Positions 22,375-33,058 of a DNA stretch of 64,000 bases are shown here, piece after piece. Every line of letters begins with the position of its first letter. The stretch's first letter is position 1. The position numbers were made by a program, and so were the translations under genes. The notes under the pieces were generated by a model. That model saw only the letters and a program-made list of their open reading frames with translations. It was not told where the DNA came from and ran no database searches. Origin of the DNA: Fimicolochytrium jonesii (lineage: Eukaryota); the NCBI RefSeq assembly GCF_025526975.1, contig NW_026515693.1, positions 124,001 through 188,000 of the forward strand, in the 5' to 3' direction.

Positions 22375-23467
22375 ATGCCATCAATGTGCAGTCATACTCT
22401 TCCGACAGAGACGCTTAACGGAGGGCACCCAGAACGGCCCGCATTTGCCTATGTTCCACCACCACCGCCCGCAAAGACCTTTTCTCCTCTGGAGGACGTC
22501 CGCCGTGTAATAGCAAGTAAAGACCCAATAGCACCCATAATCAAAGAAACGTATGAGGTCATACTAGAGGCTTTACGGCGCTACAGGTCAGTGGGGGGAA
22601 GCGTTCATGCCCTGCAAACTGGCACTAATTCCCGTCATTCTTGCATTCTCAGAACAGACGGCCTAGCTCTGTCATTCAACGGTGGGAAAGACTGCACAGT
22701 CCTTCTGCACCTTCTCTATGCGGCTCGACAGCAATACGAGGCCGAGAACCAATCAGGGCCAATACATATAAACACCCTCTATGTTGCACACACGGACTCT
22801 TTTCCGGAAGTAGACGAGTTTGTGGAGTTCTGTGAGCGGAGGTACTTTTCCTTTCTGCTTTCTGCGGCACAGGGATGGACAATATACCGGATGCTGACCA
22901 TCATTTTCAATTTATGTGCAGATATACCATGGACCTGATGAAGATATATGGCCCGATGAAGGAAGGAATTCGCAACTTCCTGGAGTTCCATCCCCAGACG
23001 AAGGCGATGTTGGTGGGAACAAGGCGGACGGATCCATTTGGAGGTACGCAGAGCGAATGGTGGAGCTGTACAACTCTGGAAGGATGATGAGCTCACCTCC
23101 CTACTTGCACTTCCTCAGAGAAACTAGAGCCTTTTCAAATGACAGATCCGGGGTGGCCACCAATAATGCGGGTACACCCAATCTTAGACTGGGACTACAC
23201 AGCAATATGGCGCGGGATGGAACTCCTTCACGTGCCATATTGCATCTTATATGATGAAGGGTGGGTAGCGTCTGGACTGCACCATTTATGGAATCTTCCA
23301 TTCCATGGAAGCGCTCTGACGCCTTCACTCGCAGATACACATCCTTGGGCGGCGTAGACAACACACAACGTAATCCAGCATTACGAAACGACTCTGACGG
23401 GTATGATCCCGCGTATAAGTTAACGGATGGCACCAGAGAACGTGACGGTAGAATACGGAAGCTGTAG
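22375..23467 (+). CDS. FAD1: FAD synthase (FMN adenylyltransferase, PAPS-reductase fold), multi-exon
   Basis: LSFNGGKDCTVLLHL, FPEVDEFV, VGTRRTDP, TDPGWP..RVHPILDWDY and LYDEG|YTSLG. Confidence 0.93.
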
Positions 23468-23888
23468 ATAGACGAGACGGAATAATGCCATTGTAGATAG
23501 AGCGTACTCATGGTGGTCGTAACGTGACTGCCTCTTGAATGCGCTTTGCACACCTACCCAAGAAAATGAGAACTCCAATAGAGGAGCAGTTTTGGATGGA
23601 CATCATTGCGCGGCGTGGTAGAAGAATAACGTTGGTGGAAGTATCCGTTGGTGCACGTGTTGTCAGGTGGGTGTGGGTGGCCGGCGTGTAGAGGCCGAGA
23701 CTCTGAACCGTCCAGTTGCCGCCGTGTGGTTCTCACCACATTCCTCATCTTCATCCCTGTCGTACCTCCCGTCTTAGCACAGCTTGCAATTTAAGAACTA
23801 GTGAAAGCACCCAAGCGCTCCACGAAAAGTCTCCACACGGAAAGTCACTGCAGAACGAATGTATTTGACAAAATCAAATTCAAGAACT

Positions 23889-25014
23889 TTATTTGGCCGC
23901 AGGAGTGGCACCAGTGCGAATGGCCTCCTTCTTGGCATCCAAACGAGTTTGGCGACGGAGACGAGCCTCCTTGGCCTTGACCCTGTGGGCCTGCGCTTGA
24001 TCCCTATTGATTCACAACGTCAGTAAAAAATCCACTACCCAGATTCATGTTGTGCAAGGTTACATACTCGAGCAACTTCACACGGGTCTTCTCGGCCTTA
24101 GCCTTGTGGATGTACTCCATCAACACACGCTTGTTCTTGAAGACGTTACCCTTGGACTTCATGTAGAGCTCATGGTACAAGTGCCTGTCGATCTTGCCGG
24201 CCTCACGGTACTTACGGAGGAGACCTACGGTGGGAAATCGACACATCAGACACTGGTCTGTAACGTCGGGAAATGTCATGCAATCGAGAATACGTACGAC
24301 GAAGGACACGCATGCGTCGCATCCAGAGGACGGTGGTGGGCATACGGGCCTCTATAAACAAGGGAACCCCGTTAACAACTCCTTCCCCAGATATCAAAGC
24401 TCGATGGTCCACGATACATACCGGCAGTACCCTTCCTCTTTCCGGGACCTAAACAGAATCGAGCCTAGAATTTCAGCAACCAGCCCATCTTCGCTCCTCA
24501 TGTACGAGGCAGGACGGAGAGGCTATACGCACCGGTGTGACGACCGAGACGCTTGGCAGCGGCGCGCTCACGCACGCGGTAGCGAGAGTGGGCAGCGACG
24601 GGCTTCCTAATGATCAAACCATCCTTGGCTAACTTGCGGATGTTCTGGCCTGTATTTTTCGAAAGTCGATAGGTCAGACAGTGTCCTGTGCAATTCCACC
24701 TCCTTCCACTGCCATCCTCCTCCCTCCACAATGCTCTATGTTCCTCCCCCAACCAAGATCGCTCCAAACTGCAGACCACAAAAGGCAAAAGCCCCTATCC
24801 ACTCACGAGAGTTGGCGTTGGAGATCTCGTTGACTTCGTTTGGGTCGAGCCAAATCTTGCGCTGACCGCACTTGAGGACGGCAGCCGCGAGGCGCTTTTG
24901 GGTACGAAGGTTGGCCCTAAGGAACCCACGACACTATATTAGTTTTCGAGATCAAAAAACACAAATGTCTCCGCTGACAGGTCCTCCGTTCTGAGGGCCT
25001 TGCGAGACTCACAT
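23889..25014 (-). CDS. RPL19: 60S ribosomal protein eL19, multi-exon; start codon split AT|G by first intron
   Basis: [70 protein letters not shown]. Confidence 0.96.
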
Positions 25015-25232
25015 TTCGGTCCTTTGTTGTGTTTCCACTCCGAGCGCAAACGTCTGGAATTGGGAATGTGGGCGAAGTCAAAAAGCTGCGACTTTGCGAG
25101 GCCTTTGAGCCTGATTTCCAAGAATCAAGATTTAAATCGTACTCACGTGATGCGTACTGCACTACGGAAGGCGATGGCAGAAACAGCGAGAAGCACCCAC
25201 CCGTCTTTTACCTGGACGACACCTGGACGACA

Positions 25233-26249
25233 ATGAGCACCAGGGACGATAACTTTACGCTTCAAGTCATATATCCTGAGAGCCCCCGACTGCAAGATGA
25301 CTACTTGGCATTTTTCGGCAAGCACGACGGCTCTCTCGAAAAGGCCATTCGCAGCGTAAGGGACGAAACTACCGGTGGAAAGATACCAGAGGCACATAGG
25401 AAGCAGCGAGAAGGGAGGGACGGGCCGAACCATCATATAACCCTCGTACATCGAAACGACTTGCTATCAGGAACTGGGGTTGCGGGAAAGGCTGGTCACT
25501 CAGCCGCGGCATTTGGGACGGTCTGCGAAGCCTTTGAAAGATACACAGCTGCGTGCACACTACCGCAAGAGCTTGTGTTGCTGGGCTTAGCATCGATACC
25601 CACCCAGCCCGACGTCATCCTCATCCCAGTCGTCCACCTTCCAACCTTATTCTCTCGCGCGCGTCTCAATTTACGAACAAAGAACCTGCACGCAACTGTG
25701 GCTTTCGCGGACGCCGATGTCGTAGACGATTCTCTGAGGGATTGGAAACGGATAACGTGGAGAGCACGTCACGGAGAAGCTTTGTGTTTCTTGTTGCAAT
25801 CCTGTCAGGATTGGCTGAGGGCGCATAGTAAAGGCGCAAATGAGGTGGAGAGGAACATCATTGCAGAGAACATCAGGGATCTATGCGGGCTGGTTCTAGG
25901 TGACGACGGGTGGATGAAGGATTGGAGACGATGCACTTCGGACGCAAGTGAGAATGGAAGCGAAGATAAGGAAGACGGGTCGCATGGCGAGCTGTTGCAC
26001 TTGCGATCTAGGATGCATGGGATCTTAGGCGACCACAAAGCAGCACTGAAGGATGCGCTAGAGGCTTTCAACATTGACTCGGAGTCTGTAGCGTACACTG
26101 CGCGGCTGGCGACGGTGTTGTTGGATGTGGGGGATGGAGAGCGGGCGAAGAGGTACGTATCCAGAGCACTGATACGCAACCCTGGAAACAAACTCCTGGG
26201 AATCGTATTAAGTCAGGCGGAAAGGAATATTGGCCCGCAGCGACCGTGA
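25233..26249 (+). CDS. 2H phosphoesterase (Swiss-army-knife RNA-repair type) fused to C-terminal TPR-like helices
   Basis: Two HxT motifs (RDGPNHHITLV, KNLHATVAF). The C-terminus has TPR-like patterns (RSRMHGILGDHKAALKDALEAFNIDS; LATVLLDVGDGERAKRYVSRALIRNP). Confidence 0.7.
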   Translation: MSTRDDNFTLQVIYPESPRLQDDYLAFFGKHDGSLEKAIRSVRDETTGGKIPEAHRKQREGRDGPNHHITLVHRNDLLSGTGVAGKAGHSAAAFGTVCEAFERYTAACTLPQELVLLGLASIPTQPDVILIPVVHLPTLFSRARLNLRTKNLHATVAFADADVVDDSLRDWKRITWRARHGEALCFLLQSCQDWLRAHSKGANEVERNIIAENIRDLCGLVLGDDGWMKDWRRCTSDASENGSEDKEDGSHGELLHLRSRMHGILGDHKAALKDALEAFNIDSESVAYTARLATVLLDVGDGERAKRYVSRALIRNPGNKLLGIVLSQAERNIGPQRP

Positions 26250-26683
26250 ACGACTTACTGGGATCTGACGTCTGGGTGGGGCATGATCGGCAAGAGCAGT
26301 CCCCCTTCGCGAGACACGACCTCGGTTCGACTGAACATTGGCAAGACCAGGGCTAAATGTGGTATACCGGCAGGTCCACACACTATCAAACTTCATTCGT
26401 TGTCTCCTACTTTACCTGCGCCAACATTTCGACTTCAAACAAGAACGCTGTCGTTGATAGCCGAGCGAACTCTTAGCATGGTACCAAACAATTACATCAC
26501 CATTCATGGTAGCTCAATGGATTATTGGAAATGTTGCCGCGACGAGATGTAGACAGAATAGCACTACAAATCCTAATATATATACGCCGCAACTAAGCTT
26601 AAACTGAACTGAAAGATCAATTCCTCGAAAATATGATCTCCCCTGAGCGTTATGCACTTTCCCAGCTCCAAAAGACTTGTTGA

Positions 26684-28158
26684 TCATGCTCCAGAACGAA
26701 CCAACGCCGTGCCGAAATCCTGACATCCGGTCACACAGAGCTCCATTCTCCTCAAAAAACTGCTGCGGCCATGGAAATTGGCATCCATGTCCTGCATCGA
26801 ATGTCGCGCGGCACACTCCATAGATTCGAAGAACGACCTCAGAATGCTACTGGATGGCGAAAGGTTCGAGTCTGCCGGTTCCCAGTTTTCCAAGGCGGTC
26901 TGAAGCTTGACGAAGTCCTTCGCGAACATACGGAACATGCATTCTAGAAACATAACCGGGTTGGGCGGGACAATCGTGGCATCACAAAGAGAAAGGTATG
27001 GCCGTACCTGCATTGGAAGCTGATTTACCCACATTCCGTTTACGATTCGTCGGGTCCTCCACGACGAATGGGACAGATTCAGCTCTCGCTGGATTCTGCC
27101 ATACGCGATGATCTTGCGACAATTTGAATGCCACATTGTCGATAGTTGAGATGCCATATTGTCGATAGTTGAATAACGTGCCGTAATAGCGCAAGAAGCA
27201 GATGAAGGTCTTCGCGTAGATGTCAGGTCCTTCCAGAAGCGTCGGGAATTGTTTAAACATGAAGACCACCATGTTGACGATCACGTACGATCCGAAGCCG
27301 CCCGTGTACGTATCGTTCATCCCAGCGCGCCAGACATAATGCTTTATGAGCAAGGTCACGGGCCTCAACGGCGGGTATTCTCTGATCCAGTTCTGTATGA
27401 TTTCCGTCGAGATCATGCCGTGAGAATTGTTGACGCTGACGTCCACAGGGATCCTAGTAATCTTCTCTACAAATTTCAGCACAGGGACGTTGGCTTCGCC
27501 TACAAGCCGGATACTGGATTGGAGAGGGAGACCGGATTTGTGGAGAGTCTCGCGCAGGGTTCTGAGAATTCGAAGGTTATGCTCCCGTTCGGGATCCTCT
27601 ACGAACGAGTGGGGATGGAAATCAACACGAGAGCTGCATCGACAGATGCATTTAAACGTGGATCACCTACCAAACGTCTCGTCGAAGACGGTTGTCCTAG
27701 TTGGCGTCGTGGTTTCTGGTGGTGCTGGTGCGGGAGTGAAAACTACCACATCGATATCGCTGTTGGCAAGAAGTAGACCTTGTAGCGAGGACGAAAACAC
27801 CAGGGTAGCTTTTTGCTGAGCAAACATCACTATGCTGTTGGTATACCAGCGACGTACCTGTCTGAGACGATCCAAAACACTGCAGGGTACATTCTTCTCC
27901 AAACTTCTCCCGAACCAGCATGAGTATCTACCACAATGCATAGGGAAAGCGTAAAAGTCAATCTGTCTCTGCAAATGCTGAAATACACGACCACAATAAC
28001 CAATCGCTCACCCCAAAACTTACTTTTCGACAGATCCATTTCCTAAACGTCAGTTCGCTTTCGTTTGCTACGTAGTTACTGGTGGAGCTGTCAGTGAACT
28101 GCTCAATCTCGTGCTGGAGCTGCGCGAGCTTAGCTGCGACTGAGGTTGAAGCGAGCAT
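26684..28158 (-). CDS. Non-canonical poly(A) polymerase / terminal nucleotidyltransferase, Trf4/PAPD5-like, multi-exon
   Basis: LQHEIEQF, FGSSQTG|LLLANSDIDVVVF, VPVLKF..VDVSVNN, MNDTYTGGFGSY and EDPTN..RNVGKSA. Confidence 0.85.
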
Positions 28159-28565
28159 AGAAAGTTTGAGGACCACAGCCGAGAAAAGTTCGTATATTTT
28201 TGGTGCTGGCTAATAGAGGTCTGAGGTTGGAGGTTTCAAAAACAGTAAAGCAGGCTCCAGCGAGCACAGTTTGACAGGTTCGGGGTCGAGGAACGCGTGA
28301 AGTCAACCGGGTGAAACCGGGTTGTCCAAAACTTATTACTGCCAGATACAGTATGCCAGATTCCTGAAGCTCACCCTGCGTTGACACGAATGTTGTGAAA
28401 TGCCTTAAATAGCTATGTCATTAAAGATACAAAAGACAGTCTAAGTGGAACTATCGACATAAGCCGCCGGGGCACGCGTATGGCCTCTATGGATTGTGTA
28501 CATTCTCAAGCGCACATGACACTCTATCAAACGACCTTTCCACTCATAAGCATCGAAACAGAACG

Positions 28566-30001
28566 CTAATCCGCCCTCCGGGTGGCCCTCTTCCTCGCCG
28601 ACCGTTCGCCTTGAACCGCGGGTACGAGCTCGTCGATTTCCGCGGCGTCCAAAAGCGCTTGCTTGGCAGCGGAAACACCGGCAGTGGCAGCCTTGCCGCC
28701 CTTAGATCCCTTCTTGCCGACACGGTTGTAAGTTTTGATGAAAAACTGGACAAACAGGAGGAGGTAGCTGCTCAAGATGGCACAGCCGATTCCAGCAGCC
28801 AATGGAGTTCCTGAGCACGTTCCAAGGTTGAAGTTGGGGAGGATGTGGGCGAGGTGGGTGGACGAGAGGTAGATGTAGGTGGCGAGGTAGATGGCAGCGA
28901 GATCAATGACGAATTGAACGATCTGAAGACTATCCGATGGAAATAAATTAGCCCCTAACCGAACCTTTCACTGCATAGCGAATTGAACTCACGTGGTCAG
29001 GTACTTCTTCCACCAAACGGGCTTGGACGATACCGCGGTGCGGGCATAGTACTGGAGTCCGAAAGGGTCACCGTTCTGCCCGTCGACTCATAGAGAATGC
29101 ATGACGATGAGGCACTTACGTAGTACATAATGACGTGGACGAAAAGGTTCAGAACGACGGGAACCCAAGAAACGGAAGTCTTTCCTTCCAGCTCGAAGAA
29201 GCAGAGTGCCATGGTCATGGAGTGGTGGTAAACGTGAAGGAATTCTATATTTCGGAGAAAAATGGCATAAGAAACGAGACAACCACGATGCAAAAAGGAA
29301 AGATTTGCTAATTCAACTGAGTTTCCACATACCGAGCTTCTTCTTCTTCAACACCAGGAAGATGGTGTCGATGAATTCGTAGTACTTAATCAGGTAGTTG
29401 ATGTAGTACAGGTACTCAATCCTGTGGCTGTAAGACGCTTGGTCGCAGATGGCCCACAGGAGACCGTGGTTGTAAATGTTGGGGATCAGAATCTCCAGGA
29501 AAAGGACGAGGACAACGAGGGAAGCGATGGAGAGGAAGGCGTTGTGGAGGAAAAAAATCGGCTTGATGGAAATGGGTTTCGCGACGAAGCGCTTCATGAA
29601 GAACTGACCACCGAGGACGACAGTGAGGTAAACGGCAAACCATTTTACTGTTGATTCAAAGATCTGAGGGTCAGCACCGCTGAGTTCACAAACCCGAATA
29701 ACCTTCCCACGAACACCTGCTTTCCGCCCACTTGATGCGACCGGACGGCGAAAGCCTTTCGCCCATAACTCAACTCCTGCCTGAACTAGATCACCAGGCG
29801 GTACCGACGAGTTTTCAAGGTCGCCCCTTCCCACCGCTGATCTTCCGAAGCACCCAACGTACCCATCTCAGCCCTAGTCGAAAGCGGCGCATTCTCGAAC
29901 CTGAATTCGTCGGGGTGTAAGCCGAGCAAGTCGACGGAGGTGTTGGTGAAGTGAGGGTGGAACAGCGCCAACGGGGCCGCTTTGTGATGGTAGCCGTGCA
30001 T
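28566..30001 (-). CDS. Fatty acid elongase (GNS1/SUR4, ELO family), multi-exon
   Basis: KYYEFIDTIFLVLKKK, FLHVYHH, NLFVHVIMYYYY and WWKKYLT..QIVQF, with multiple TM segments. Confidence 0.93.
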
Positions 30002-31351
30002 CTTGCTGATTTCGTCTTCGTGTCGTTCGGTCAGGACGTCGAAAATCTCCAAAATGGGGGGAGTTTGCAAACGACGAGAGAAAGAGACCTCAAGTTATGT
30101 GAGGTTCGCGCAGCGGTTTTCTTTTCGCTTTGAGGCGGCAGCGGGTGACGCTGTGACGACTTGAGCTTGGGGCAGGTTGTTGGACTTTGGGGTTGCCGCG
30201 GGACTGGCGTGCGACGATATGCAGGCACACTGGCAGCGGGGACATCGGACTCGGCAAGGGGGGGTCCGTTGGTTCCATTTCTTATTTCGCCTACTTTTGC
30301 ACATACGAAGTTACAAAGCTCGGTACGCATACACATCGGTCCACTGTCCATGGTGCGGGTGGGATGATCTGCATCCCCCGTACACAATCCCCGGGAATAT
30401 GACGGACCCTGAGTCCCTGACGAATACTTCCGAAGGAGCCGTTCACATGCATTCTACCGTCGCCGAGTTCGGTTGTAACTTGTCAAAGCAGAAGCAAGTT
30501 CCACACGAATCATAACGGCTTGATGTGTGCTCCGATGCGAGGAGGCTGGCAAATGCTTTGTGTCTCTTCGGCTGCTCAGCGCGTTCGTGTTGCACTTGTG
30601 GAACCAATTAGCCCATCCGTTTAAGTTTTGACAGGCACTGTCACTGGGTTCAGAAACATTTACTGTACCTTCAACTTGAAGCCGCATCCCTTGAAATCGG
30701 ACCTGGGTTGCTTGAAAGACGTCGCCAAGAAGGGGGCACCGGAGAGACAGGAGGATAAAGCGGGAAGCGGCTTGCCGTCACAACCAATACCGCTTTACTG
30801 ATTCCTGGGCCGTTGGAGATCTCATCCAAGCGTATCGAAGTCCAGCACTTGGGAAGACATAAATACAAATCAAAAGAGGCGTGGTATCCATCACACATCC
30901 GACGACTTGATAGCATTCAATCCGACACACTGATGGCGGCCTACAAAGAGCAGCGATATATGTATACCAGCGAGGCTTAAACCAGGTGAGAGAGTAGGAA
31001 GTCCCAGAAGGCGGTCGCGATGGGAAGGCGGTCGTCTGGATGTCGTCTCGATCGTCCGGCTGGCCAGTTCAATTGACCGCCATGCAGACCATCTTCAACC
31101 ACATCCTGCGGCTGGCATAGAATGGATGAACGTGAGATTAAGTTGGGCCCAACGCAGCCGCAGATATCCTTGTACGTAAATATTCTGAGGTTGGGTAGTG
31201 GCGCAGACGTGGCGCGAGGAGGCTGGGGCGCGTGTTAGTTCTGCCTGCGCGTTGTGTCACCCCGCACTCGGACGACCTCGTTTTCCTTCTCAATTGCATG
31301 GAATTTACTGTACTCTCGCTCAACGGAACCACGCAAGCTTCACACGGAACT

Positions 31352-32732
31352 ATGGCAGTCAACATCGACGAAGCTCAGGTATGTGAGACAGGCGGCGGAC
31401 CAGCTGTTTGTGCCTACCACTTCTGGGTTCCTCACCTCTTACGCACATTTTAGGTCACGAGTGCGGTTAAGGCCCTTTTTGCCTACCATGCAAAGAGGCT
31501 TACAGAGAAGGCCGAGTCGGCTCTTCTAGACGACGAAAATGTTTCTCGCTTCGACCTCATTGTGACCACGAAAGCAATGCCTAGCAAACGTCGCGATGTC
31601 CCACTAAGAATGTAGGCAGAAAACGTGATTTTGCGAGGACTGGGAAAGGGAACGCAGAATGTCAGTTTCGCTAACGGGCATAACACATATAGTCTACTGC
31701 CAAATGGCCTCTACAAGGATGCCGAGGTGTGCTTGATCACAAAGGATCCTCAGGGGGATTTCAAAAAGTTGCTCTTGGAAAAGAACGTCCAGGGAATTTC
31801 GAAGGTCATTACCGTACTTTCCTGGACTGCGTGCAACGTGGCTGCATACTGAACTGGCAAATGCGGGGGCGAACAGGTACTGGGCTTTAGCAAGCTGCGG
31901 TCAAAGTTCAAGCCCTACGAAGCAAAACGACAACTCGCGTCCTCGTACTCTTTGTTCTTGGCGGACGAGCGGATTTTGCCGTTGCTGCCACAAGCACTTG
32001 GCAAGACTTTCTTCGCAAAGAAACAGTAAGCATCTGAGAATAGAGATCCCCTGTTTTGTAAATTCTCTAAACCTCTGCCTATAGGATTCCTGCCCCAGTG
32101 AACATGACCAAAGTTGACCTCGCACGGGAGATTCAAAAGGCCTTGCAAAGCACATACTTGAGGAGAAACAACGGCGTTACAAAGTGAGCTTCAAAGTTCA
32201 TTGTGCAATGTTCGACACGGAATCTCCAATCTGACATGTTTCCCATAGCACCATTCGCGTCGCAACTACGGATTTCACGCCAGAACAAGTCATCCAAAAC
32301 ATTATGGCCGCCATTCCTTCCGCTATCGAGAAGCTCCCTAAGAAGTGGGCCAACATTCACTCGATACACATCAAAACGTCGAACTCGATGGCTTTGCCAT
32401 TATATCAAACATTGCCGGATGCACCGGAAGGATACGTGGAGGCAGTGGAGACGGGAGCATCGGAGGAGGATGCGATGGAGGTGACCGAGACGATCGAGAC
32501 CTCTAAAGTTGTGACAAAAACGCCCACGAAGGGTGCGAAGGGGAAGGAGGGTACGGCCGTTGCGGTTTCGGTCGAGAGGAAGACATTAAGTGTGAGAAAG
32601 GAGCGCGTTGTGGCCACCCCACCGGCCGCCACCCCATCAAAGGCAAAGGCGCTGCTGGCTGCTGGGAAGACCCCAAAGTCTGCTGCGAAGACGAAGGCTA
32701 CCCCGAAGAAGGGAAAGTCTCCAGCCAAGTGA
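31352..32732 (+). CDS. Ribosomal L1 domain-containing protein (RSL1D1/Utp30/Cic1-like), multi-exon
   Basis: EVCLITKDPQ, KFKPYEAKRQL..YSLFLADERI..LGKTFF and WANIHSIHIKTSNSMALPLY, with a Lys-rich tail. Confidence 0.88.
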
Positions 32733-33058
32733 AACCACACTGAGGCGTACAATGTAGAACTCCTTCATGTAGAGGAGCCCCTTCTATTGAGGGCATCATT
32801 AGGGTAGCGTCTGCATGAAAATGCTAGCTTGCCCCTCACCTTTAGCTTATCATCCCTATTCGATCATTTATTCTTATTTAAAGCATATGGCAGGATCCAA
32901 ACTTGCAAGCTTGCATCCTACATGTAAATACTATGAGCTACAATCCATGGACGTTCCCGCGTGATGCAATCAGTCATAAATGGCAGCAGTGTATGGTAGC
33001 ATATGTTATTGCTGAGCGCCGTGATGTCTCAAACGGCCTGCGTTTATGGATACACCAT

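Noticed and set aside
24650..24806. snoRNA in RPL19 intron
   Set aside because: The intron is purine-rich, but I see no convincing C/D or H/ACA box arrangement.
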